Source: Sphaerodactylus townsendi (taxonomy: Eukaryota). Taken from it: 64,000 bases of DNA. Positions within the stretch are counted from its first letter, which is position 1; each line of letters opens with the position of its first letter. The notes under the pieces were generated by a model, which saw nothing but the letters and a program-made list of their open reading frames with translations, searched no databases and had not been told where the DNA came from. The translations under genes were made by a program, and so were the position numbers. Location: the NCBI RefSeq assembly GCF_021028975.2, contig NC_059426.1, positions 73,222,001 through 73,286,000 on the forward strand, in the 5' to 3' direction. Shown here piece by piece: positions 36,103-46,815 of the stretch.

Positions 36103-38206
36103 TCCTAAGTGCTAAAAACATCCTTCATGCTAACGTGTCTGCAGAGAATAATAGTTACTAAGAACATTATTATAACTGTGCTTATACAGTTCCTTGTCTC
36201 AGGAAGCATATTTTTGTATCCTGTGAGGCTCCCCCATCCTGCTACCAATGAAGGCAACTAGCCCACCAATCTGAGATTGGGAAAGAAAGAGGGTTCCAGC
36301 ACCCATGTCTTCTTCTTTCTGCTTGCTGGCCAGTCATGTATTTCACTCAAGCTTTCACTTCCTCCCTGGCCATTAGAAGCTGGCAAACTGAGAAAAGACC
36401 TTCTCAGTCGTAGTGCCAAAACTCTGGAATACAGAGTGATTCAGCTTTATCTCTATGTTTGCTTTGTACCAGCGGGTAGAGAATTTTTTGTTTTGTTGGG
36501 TATTCAGTAACTTAAAGTAATCTTTGTATTTATATATTTGTTTTTAATGTTTGCAGTGTTCACTGCCTTGGGAACTCTGACTAGTTTTGAAATGCTGCAT
36601 AAAAATGTTTTTTTTTTTAAAAAATAAACATATAATTAAATATTCAGTGGATGGGGAGGCAGAATAAAGGTAATTTAGATCTGTAAAGCCCTTATTTACT
36701 ACTAATATTATTTCGTGGGCTTAATAAATTCCCCATTTCCAGACACTAAAGACACACAGGTAGGTGACTGCCCCAGAACTGTGGGACTCTCTCCATAGAG
36801 GCTGGCAAATTCAAGTTCAGGCTTAGGTTACATAATGCAGACTGGCTTTCAGCTCCTCAAGTTAAAATAACTAAAGTTTAGCCCTTATTGATTCTTCTAG
36901 ATGTTTATTTGTTCATAACTAGATTTTCTGTATACATGTTCTTTAACCTTGTTACTGGCTTTGGGCCCTTGGAACAGAGTAATCCAGAATTTTTTTAATC
37001 TGGATCATTTGAAGCAAACATGAACATTCTAGTTTGTGTTCTGTGATAAAGATCAAATCTTTTCCAACCAAAATTAAGCTTTTGTATTCAACAATAGTTT
37101 ACAATAGATTACTAAAGAAACTTTCCCCATAACATAGTGCTTGTCACGTGCTAGGTTGAGGTTTACTGTGGTCTCTGCTTCCATGGATTTCTGAGCACTT
37201 GCTTGAATGTGGTAAGTGGTCATCTAATAAAAAGGCCTGCCTTTGATAGATCTTTCTACAGTTGAGAAATTATGTTGGTGATGATTGAATGCTCAGCATG
37301 TATTTTAATTACAAGAGGGAGCATCAATCACACTTGCCATTCTACTGTTCCAGTGGCACAGCTGGTCTGTCACTATATTTGCCTGAACATGTTTGCATAT
37401 TTATAAAGATTTAGCTTGGGTTCAGATTGCAGTTCTTCATTCCAGCCCTGAATGTTTACACTAGCTATGGGCTGATTATTTGCTTCGCATGGCATATTAT
37501 AGCAGTAGCCTTTTTACATTCAAGTCAAATTCTTTTTGTACATAAGGAGTATGAAGATGAATATCTCAGTAGTCACATCTGTACAATATGAACCTACCTT
37601 GGTAAAGAAGACTTTATTTCTAGGGCTGTTTTACTATTTCACATGACAGCTCATGACATATGTCCCCCAGAGGGTGTTGCACTCTGCTGGTAATAACTTG
37701 CTGGTAATCCCTGGCCTGAAAAGTGTCCAGCTGTCCTCAATTAGAGCCAAGACTTTTTCAGCCCTGCCCCCAGCCTGATGGAAAGCTCCTTCCAATGAGA
37801 CCAGGACACTACAGGATTTGTCTCAATTCTGCAGGGGCTGAAAGGTGGAGCTTTTCTACCAGGCTTACACTTGAGGCCAACAATGGGTTACAGTTCCATC
37901 ACTGCTGGCCTCTCTTTCCCCATTCCCTTTCCTCCTTTTTGTCCCTTCTTGCTGATGTTCTGTGGGTTTTAGAATATGGTTGAGACATCCAGAAGTTCCA
38001 TCAGGATTCAATTATGTGCCATATATGCAGTCCTTCCATTCAGATGTCATACATAACACCACTCACCACTAATGGCTCTGATTCAAAAGTACTTGCTTTC
38101 ACAGGACAACATCCTAAATGTATAATCTCACTAATTGAAAAAAAGACCACAATAAAATGGTTCCTCTATAAAATGCTGACCACAGTTGTCATCCTGAAAT
38201 TTGCTG

Positions 38207-38590
38207 CAATGAGCTCCTGGCACTCAGGGAATGTGTGCGTTCTCTTGAAGCCAAGGTGACAGACTTGGAGAAGCTGAGAGAGGCAGAGAGGGTGACAGAT
38301 GAGGCTTTCAGGGATCTAACAGCCGGGTCCCACTCCCCAGGTGACATCTCTTCAGATGTCATAAAGAGGAGAATATGAAGCTTTATCTGAGGGAGCTTGG
38401 AGGATGCAGCGAGTCCTGAGAGTCAGGAGTGGAAGATCTGCTCCCCTAAGATGGGTCCCCTTCCTTAGCTGGTGATCAGCTAACCTCTTGCACCAAGCAT
38501 ACCCCTTGGGGAGATGGGGGGCTCTTCATAGTAGGCAATTTGATCATTAGGAATGTGGAGAGTTAGGTTTGTGAGAGGCGTGTACCTCCC
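38207..38590 (+). mobile_element. CR1 ORF1 remnant
   Basis: Coiled-coil-like ECVRSLEAKVTDLEKLREAE, then FIVGNLIIRNVES resembling the esterase 'VVGDSIIR' motif of CR1 ORF1. Confidence 0.7.
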
Positions 38591-38949
38591 AACTATCTCT
38601 ATTTTGTTGATGCTTGAGTAGGCCTGGCTAGGTATTAACTAACCTGAGAAAAATAATTTAGAGACATTATAATATAAGTCTCTAATTGAACCAACTGAAC
38701 TGTAAGCAGGAATGGAATCATACTCATGGAGAACAGAAGAACAATATAAGCTGCTTTGGGTTCCCATTGGGGAGAAAGATAAGACATAAATGAAATTAAC
38801 TAATTAATTAAATGCAAGAAGGGAAAATGAACTACTGCTACCTCTGTAATTCCTCAGTTTTTCCAAGGGAAAGGAAAATAGTGTACATTTTGAGACAGCT
38901 GTTTTAGGGGACAAGTGGAGAAACAGGCAACATGAGGGATGTGTTAGTC

Positions 38950-40362
38950 AGCGTTTCCCCCACTTTAAAAAAACTGAGGCAAACCGGTCTCGTTTGAATC
39001 GGTGTTTTTGAGCACGAGGTTGTACTCCCCACCGTGGCTTCTGCCCCTCAAATGATCCTCAGGCAGCAGCCACCAGGATTCCCCACTTTGAAGCTGTGGA
39101 ACGTGCATTGAGCTCAGGGGCTATCCTGATTGGCTGCTGCTGCTGGGTGGAACTTTTTAAAAACTTTTATCCATGTCTGTGCGAGCATGCGCACAACCAT
39201 ACCTGGAAACGGGGAAACAGGTGATTAAGGGCAACCTGCATGCCTTCGTGTTTTCATATCTATCCCACCTGAAGCATTCACATGAAACACTCTCCCATTA
39301 CTAGCACTTCCTGTTGGGGTGAAAATACATAGCACTTAGACATGCCACGAGCTGCTTAGTTCTATGAAACACACACAAAAAATCATCCCAGGGCGGGCTC
39401 AAACCAGCAAGCTCTTACACACCAGCATAAACACTTAACAAACTGAGCCACAACTCCCCTTCTAAATGAAGGTGGGGAAAAAGGTATGTCAAGGCAGAAC
39501 TGACTAACACAGTAAAACGGGAAAATGAACCTCCATTTCCATGTCCTGTCGTATTTAATGCTACCTCAGTAATCCATTCACTGCTGCCTCTTCATTAACA
39601 AATTCATTCATTCACCAGCCAAACGTTGCTTTGAATAGTGGATCTCAGCTCCACGTTTTTTAAAAAATAGTGACTGGAAGGTGTTTAAACTGTGCTGGGG
39701 ACAGAAACTGTGGGGATTCATGGTGGTGTTTTGAGTAAACCCGAATGACAGTGGGACCAGTTGCTTTCACGCTGCTTTCAACCCAAACAGAAGAAACTTG
39801 TCCTGTTCAAAAATAAGCCCCAATTCCTTCATACACATTAAAAAAAGACTCATCCCTGATGGGACTAGAACTAGCAAGCTTTCACATTGCAGCACAAGCA
39901 GACAGAAGGCTGCATTAACTAGTTAAGCCACAGAAACTAATAGGAAATAGGGGGAAATACTAGGCTTTCAGTGAGTGCTCCCTGGCATTGCTGTATAAAT
40001 GACCCTATATTGCAACGTGGGGTCAAATACACATCGATCTCTGTTCCCCAAAATAAAAAAGGGTGCGCGCTTGCGCACAGCCCACTGCTTCCTTATTGGA
40101 CAAAAGGCTCCACGTCACTGCCAGGGGCAGGAAACTCAAACCCGCAGTCACCCCCCTGGGCTTCCCCACTGCCCCGCGCTCCCTGCGCGTTTTTCCAAAA
40201 GGCTCTGTTCAAACAGTGCCAAAATTGACGTGCGCTGAGGGAGTGCGAAAGCGGCGGAATCGGGGCTGCTGCATTGTCGCCACCCCTGTAGGGGGGAGTG
40301 CTGTTGGACCCTGCGTTACTTGGCGAGAGTAGCGCGCACCAAAAGGTTAGTGGGGAAACGAC
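38950..40362. mobile_element. About 1.4-kb non-autonomous TIR element (PIF/Harbinger-like)
   Basis: Inverted ends cgtttcccccact / agtggggaaacg, with CpG-richer, hairpin-containing subtermini. TSD not clean. Confidence 0.6.
39377..39459 (-). other. tRNA-like Pol III cassette (A box, B box, T6) inside the TIR element
   Basis: Minus strand reads ggggagttgTGGCTCAGTTTGttaag...GGTTTGAGCCCgccctgggatgaTTTTTT. The cloverleaf is degenerate, so it is not called a tRNA gene. Confidence 0.55.
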
Positions 40363-42537
40363 CAGTGAGGGGGAAGGAATTCAGTCTTATTTTTACTTAG
40401 CTCTAATTTTGTTCTCCAAGTCATTCACCCCCTTTATTGACACTGAGAACCTTTGGAAACCATTGATGTATAAGGCCCAATAAAATGTGGCCCAGATTTG
40501 TTAAGACTCTCATGAAGCAGAAAGTAGATCTATCTCAAAGACTCTCTTTCAATCTCCTGGAGTTGGGTACCAAAGAGTATGCAGGTTCACTTGTGGCCTG
40601 TGAATAGCTTACTGGTTTATCATCTGTACTGCAGATATTCTATGTGTTATGTACAGTTTTGTTATTTTTGTCATTCTACCTATCAGAGAATGTACTAGAC
40701 TTGCTTGCAGAATGTACTAGAATTTTAACCATTTTGTTTTCTTTAATTTTTAGAAATAAGACATATTTATATTATATCTAGTTTGGTTACTGTACAAGCA
40801 GGAATCACTTTAGAACACACAATAAAGAACACACTTGCTGCTTTCCCTCAGCTGGGAGGAATCACATCCTCCAAGCTTTGATTTTGCCTTGCACAGAATC
40901 ATCAGGGGCCATGTAACAGTTAGCACTCCATGAGGAAATATCAGCTGACCATTCTGGGTCATTGATTTAACAAAGGAATGGCCATCCAGCAGCTGCAACA
41001 ATACAATGTCATGAGTTATTAAAGGAAAAAAATATATTGTATTTCTGGAACTATGTAAATGGATCATATCCTGTTAATGGACTCATAGCCTGAACCAGGT
41101 CTCCTTCCTTGATCCCTGAAAAATGAACTTGTCCTTTCTCCAGTGCTTAACTTTTAGATGAGAGGAAGCGCTATGACAGAAACTAGCATTCTAGTTTTCA
41201 GATGACATTCAAAGAGACCATTTCTGTCAAATACCCTACTCAAATATTCCTTCTTTGAACAGGCACATTATTTTCATTTGGTGGGCAAGGACATAAATAA
41301 AGTTAGGACTGCTGAGGCTGACAACCCTGTATCCTGGTGTGTTTAAACAGTGGTGATCAGGGTTAGGCTATTAGCCCAGGCAGGCCTTGTCCTCCACAAC
41401 CATTGGCTATAGGTAAGGGGGATTTTGATTGCTGGGAAGGGAGAGATGTCTATTAATGCAATCTTCTGACCTTGGAGAAATCTGAGTGCTAGAAAATCCT
41501 TAAAGCTCCAAAATTTCACGGCCATTTAGTGGCTGAAGAACAAAGCTGGGGAGGCTGCCTTCTGAGGCAAAGCTGCTAGCTGCCTGACACACAAAATGCC
41601 AGGCTGCTATTAAAGGCACAGAAGCAGAGTCAATAACAAAGATAGCAGCTCCCCTCAGAGGTAGTTTTGACCAGGGCATCATTTTCACAAGGAAAAACCA
41701 TGTAAGGACAACTTTAAATAAGTCTGAAGCCAAGGCTATGTGACTACCCCATCCATAACATGGATACATTTGAATCAGTTCTAAGATGACATTGGGCAGG
41801 TTGTGGGTGAGAAAGTATCATTCTTTGGGAAAATGGCTCTTTGCCCATAATGGGCCTCTCTAATTCCGTTTTCCAATGCTGTTCCTGTTCTCATGTTAAT
41901 TATCTCTTTATGTTTCTGGTTGGCTTTCTTTTGTTCATTTAATAACATTTGCTGCCTGGGAGAGGAGAAATAATGATTCTTTTATGAAATAGAGAACAAG
42001 AGCTGAGCAGAATTCTGCACAAACCCCCTGGAGCTCTTCTGCTACTTTAAGGCTCCACTCAAACCTGGCTGAGCAGAGCATCCAACTAGCTGAACAGCTC
42101 CTGGGCCTTTTCACTAGGCTGCCTGGGAAATGGGGGAGGCGAGTTGTTTCCATGAGAGGAATACTGAAACCTCTCTTCTCCATTCAAGTCATGTTTGATT
42201 TCACAGATGTTTGTTAAAATGCTACTTTTCCTGAAAAAGAATTGTGAAGAAATCCAGTAAAAAAAATAAACAAAACTGCATAGCCTTGTACTTGAGTACA
42301 TGTTAGATGTCCACTGACAGACAAAAATTGAATAATTCTTGAAGTCTTGTGGAACAAGAGCCTTTAGGCATAACAAGGAATGAACCAGAGCCCCTTCCAG
42401 TCCCATTTTTAAGTAGCAGAAGGTTTTGCAACTTACTGACAAGCAGCACATTACCAATACCATTTTCTTTCCCCTCTTTCTTCCTGCTTTCCCACCTGGC
42501 CAGTTCTACACTCAGGATATTCTCCACAAAATGAAAC

Positions 42538-42690
42538 AGGTCCAGTGGCACTTTAAAGAGTAACAATGTTTATTTCAGTATGAGCTGTTGTGAGTCACAA
42601 CTCCCTTATGAAAGTTTTTGTTGAAATAAAAGTTAGTCTTCACTGGACTTCTCTTTTATTTTGCCGTGATAGACCATCATGGCTACTGCT
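42538..42690. mobile_element. Penelope-like pseudo-LTR remnant (inverted arrangement)
   Basis: 'gtccagtggcactttaaagagtaac...gtatgagctgttgtgagtcac ... cactggac...catggctac'. Related pieces at 23680-23745 and 49145-49226. Confidence 0.55.
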
Positions 42691-42734
42691 TTGTGTTTAG
42701 AGAGGCTTAGTGCTTGACACTTGAGACAGGGGGG

Positions 42735-42835
42735 TGCTATGCAGAGGAAGGCAATGGCAAACTACCTCTGCTTATCTCTCACCTTGAAAACCCATGGCCC
42801 TGGAGTCCCCATGAGTTCTTTGCAACTTGACAGCT
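42735..42835 (+). mobile_element. Sauria-SINE/BovB-type 3' tail fragment
   Basis: 'gaggaaggcaatggcaaactacctctg...cttgaaaacccat...gcaacttgacagc'. Confidence 0.7.
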
Positions 42836-43156
42836 TACAGCTCTGACTGACTACCCTCAGTCTCCATTGTCAGTAATGATGTTTGTGCATGTGACAGAAA
42901 CATTCCTTCTCTGACCTAGAACGACCTGGGCTAGTCCCTTGTCTCCAACTTCACACCTGCCTCTCCCCTGACTTTTGTTATATATGAAGCAGTATGGCCT
43001 GAGCAGCTCATCCATGGGGGGAAGAAAACTAAGGAAGTCTTTCAGGGCAAGGATCCAGTTTTGAAACATGTTAATTCACAGAGAGTTAGATGAATGAGGG
43101 GAATTGAGAAAGGAAAATATAGACGTTAAAAAACAACTACAGTTTCAAAACTCAAA

Positions 43157-43674
43157 GGCCGTTTCCGCACGAAGGCGGAAACGGCCGGGTCGGTGTTTCC
43201 GACGCCGACCCGACGACACTGGGACCGTCCGTATGGACGGTCCTGGGAACAGCCGGGCAGCCGGCGCCACGGAGCGCCGGCGCCCGGCCAACCCGGTATG
43301 TCCCCGGGCCTCTGGCGCGTCGCCGAGGCCTGGGGACACGCCCCCCCTGGCCCTGCACGCCTGCTCCAGCGGCGCAGGGCAGGGGGGCGTGTCCCCAGGC
43401 CTCGGCGACGTGCCGGAGGCCCGGGGGTCAAGGTAAGTGCCTGGTGGGGGAGGCGCCGTGAAGCTGCTGCCGTTCGCTCGGCAGCGGCTTCACTGCTGCG
43501 TTTCCCCAAAAAGAGCGCTGGGAAGCGCTCTGGGGAAACGCTGGCTTCAGGCCGGGCGGGCGGCGCGAGGGCGGCGCTGCTGCGTTGCAGCTGCGCCCCC
43601 CGTGCGAATGGCTGCCTGGAGACGGTGTTTTTACCGTCTCCAGGCCGCCATTTAATGCCCGTGTGGAAACGGCC
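43157..43674. mobile_element. Young CpG-rich PIF/Harbinger-like MITE, 518 bp
   Basis: TIRs ggccgtttcc(g/a)cacg with 3-bp flanking duplication aaa, sharp GC boundaries and multiple internal hairpins. Confidence 0.85.
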
Positions 43675-45531
43675 AAAGAGATTTTCTTCACACCCCACTT
43701 TTGAGGAAAGTAATGCATTCCAAAAGTCATAACTAAAAGTTGACAAAAGGTGACAACACCTTTCTGGTTCTTATTTTAGAAATTCTATAGAAGGAGGGGG
43801 GTTGCTTTTAACAAATCAGAATGTGGAGGGCTGAATGAAAATATTCCCTCCAAAAAAATCCAGACCAACAAATCCCCCCCCCCCCAATGCACTTTTGAGG
43901 TTTGGATGCAGAACTTGGAGCAAAGTGGAGAAAACAGTGGACATGCTGCAAAGGTTTCTCAACAGTGTGCACCAGAGGTTCAGATGTTTGGTTATGGGGA
44001 GGAATATCTTTGAAATGGAAAACCACATTTGGAAGGATTTTCTATTGTCCTCTGGGTATCATGAACTAGACATACTATTTGACATCCATCTAGGTGTCAA
44101 ATTTTTAAGGCTTTCATGAACAGCATTTCACAACATTGTGAAATGTTGATTAGCAAAGACCATTGCAAAACGGACCCCTTTTTTACAGCAAAAGTGATGT
44201 TCATTGATTAGATGATTCATATGTCATTGAATATTGTACTATTTTCACCATGCCCCTTCCAGGTTTTGCTGTCTGTGCTGATGTAGATATTCAGTCATTG
44301 TTCCCTGACTGTACCTTCTGCTTGTCTCACTGACATCAGAGATTGTTTATTCCTCCAATACATTAATAAATAAATGTACCAATTTTCACTATTGCTTTAT
44401 TACACAATATTTTTCACCCCACCTTTGGTTTGTGCTCAGTAACTCTGCACTACAGTGATAGAGAACACTGAGTTTTTACAGCTTTTGCTTACAGTCCCTA
44501 GATGGAACTTTAGAATACCCTTATATCTAACCACATTAAGAAAACTTAAGCACATAAGATTTTGTAAGAGGTGGCGATAATTCTGTCATTTCCCCTTATT
44601 TACTGTCATTTTCCCCTTTGCTGTTCTGAGGGTCTTCTGATCCCTAAGGATAATATTTTAGGAGATTTGATGGGCTACAGCAGAAGGGGGGAAATCAGCA
44701 CCATTTCTATTAACTGTGTGAGTAGATACAGGGCAAGATGATCCCTACTGACTCTGTGACTGTGGAGGCTTTTCATTCAATGGTTCTGACAATAGACTCA
44801 TTATTGTGGAAAAACAAACAGCTATCACTTTCTGGCACCTTTCAAATATCTGCTATTTCACAGTTTCCCAGCAGTTTGACAGTTCACTGCTGGTGAAACA
44901 ATGACTAATATGGAAAATTTAATTCCCAGCTTATAGGACTGTGGTCCTCCTTTGTGCTTGTCCCAATTTCAAATAAGGCACAAGAGCACTGCAGGCTCTT
45001 GGTGAACCATTTGCTGACATGTATGAAGCCCATAAGAACATTTTGCTGATTACCTTTTTAGGATCCAAGGAGGAATCTTCTGGACCTCTGGAGTCTTCAT
45101 GAGCCAACCACCAGCAGGAAGAATTGGACTTGGCATTATCAAACCATAAATAGAAGGACTTGGAATGAAACTTGAACAGGACCTTGAAGTGTTATGTTAA
45201 ATGTTTGATAAGTGTCATATGTTAATGTTTGATAAGTGTCATATGTTAAGGAAAAGTAAATCATTTTTTTAAAAATTAGTTGTTGCAAACTTCTTTCAAG
45301 TTCTACCCCACAGAACCCACAAGCAGAGGTTACACAGCTATGGAAGAAGAGTTAGGCCCATTCTCTGGCAGGTGGAAATAGATAATTGGCAGAGCAGAGT
45401 GCAAACATTGGGTCAAGAGTAATGACATAGGTATAGATTTTTATGGGGGGTTCGGGGGTGGGGCCACACCTCTCCAAGCCCCACCCCCAGCCTCAGTGCT
45501 TATAAAAGCAGCTCTCCGAGGCCAGGGACGG

Positions 45532-45827
45532 TGTCACGGGTTGACTGTCAAGGACGGACAGAAGACAGGGAGCAGCTGATAGATATTTATTGCTGGTTAA
45601 ACACAGATCAGAAATGTCTCTTAAGGCACCTGACAAGGCACTGGTTAGAGTTCAGTCTGAGAAGCAGTAAGCAAGCTCACCTGTCCACCAGGTCGTCACA
45701 ATCCAAAACACAAATCCAAAAAGCAGGTCCAGGGGGCAAAGTCCAAGGGTCATTACTGGAAAGCAGGCTTTTCTGAGCAATCCACAGAACGGAAGCAAGT
45801 AGCCCTCGAGGTGACGAATTGCCTTCT
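45532..45827 (-). mobile_element. Partial LTR (Gypsy-like) nested in the hAT copy
   Basis: Begins abruptly with tgtcacg where hAT homology stops, with a minus-strand AATAAA near 45586. The other end is lost. Confidence 0.5.
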
Positions 45828-45905
45828 CCAATTGGCCATGCTGGCAGGGGCTGATGGGAATTGTAGTCCATGAACATCTGGCGAGCTGCAGGTTGCAGAC
45901 CCCTG
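45828..45905. mobile_element. Right half of a palindromic hAT MITE
   Basis: ccaattggccatgctggcaggggctgatgggaattgtagtcc...ggttgcagacccctg. Confidence 0.9.
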
Positions 45906-46591
45906 TGCTAGCCTAAAACCTGTACCCCTGCAGGCCAAAAACTGAAAAAAACATTAAAAATACAAAAAAAAAACCACAAACGGGGGGGAGGGGCGCGGAG
46001 CCAGAGCTTCTGAAATGTAATGGGGGGGGGGGTTGAAACCAAGAACCCCCCCTTACCTATGTCCTTGGTCAAGAGAAACCCTTCCTTTTGGTCTGTTCTG
46101 AGGTTCTGTCCTGCGACACTTGCCCAACTAAAGCAATCTTGAGAGGTGAGATACCCTCAGACTCAGCCACCCCAGTAGTGGCTGACACTGATGTAGGCCA
46201 GCTTTTAATAAACTAGTTAACCTATATACTGGTGCCTTGAGCCCTTATTTGGGGGTACTGGTACCATATTCTTCTTCTAAGAAGTGTTCTTTAGAGATCT
46301 CTATGAGGTAATTTAACTGTTGTGTTATTCGGTAATGCAAAGAAGGTGGCTTTATGTATGATGCCTTACATTTAATGGCATGTAGATCTTTAGGTTGTCA
46401 GTACTGCCATTTTGTTTGGAGTGGCAATGTAGGGGATATTGTTTTGTATTTGGTGTTCTTTTGTAGTACTTGGGAATCCAGGTTGCCATATTTCAGATAG
46501 CTTTCAGAGTCTATCTTCTATTGTTTACACTACTGATGTGGTATGATCAATATGTACAAAAAATACTTCTGTCATGTTTCCATTACTGCAG

Positions 46592-46815
46592 ATAATGGAT
46601 GGCTGGAGTTCCCTCACTGCCCTGGTGCTTGGGATGAATGCCATATGCTGGAAATTGCCTTCATGCAGCTGGAAGAGGAGTACATTAACAGGAAGAAATA
46701 CTGCAGCACCATCCTTCTTCGGGGGACCTGTGACCACAAGGGCAGATTTATAGATATTGGGGTCTGACAGAGTGGAAATGTCGTATTTAGACAGTCTACT
46801 TTTTGTCAAGCCATT
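46592..46815 (+). pseudogene. PIF/Harbinger (HARBI1-like) DDE transposase fossil
   Basis: FPHCPGAWDECH...EYINRKKYCSTILLRGTCDHKGRFIDI matches the Harbinger motif 'FP.C.GA.DG.H...Y.NRK...S..LQ..CDH...F.D'. A stop follows and the HD motif region appears deleted. Confidence 0.88.

Larger units (their letters stand above)
45420..46067. mobile_element. Second copy of the 13703 hAT element, internally deleted, with nested fragments
   Basis: Both ends align to 13703-13840 and 14810-14955. Perfect 8-bp TSD gtcaagag (45412-45419 / 46068-46075). Confidence 0.9.

Noticed and set aside
39387-39459. Functional tRNA gene
   Set aside because: The acceptor and anticodon stems do not pair convincingly, so it is kept only as a tRNA-like cassette.
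43104-43746. 206-aa and 179-aa ORFs; apparent second CpG-island promoter
   Set aside because: They coincide with a TIR-bounded palindromic MITE.
46543-46767. Host HARBI1 gene
   Set aside because: A frameshifted, stop-containing fragment with an altered catalytic motif; a transposon fossil.
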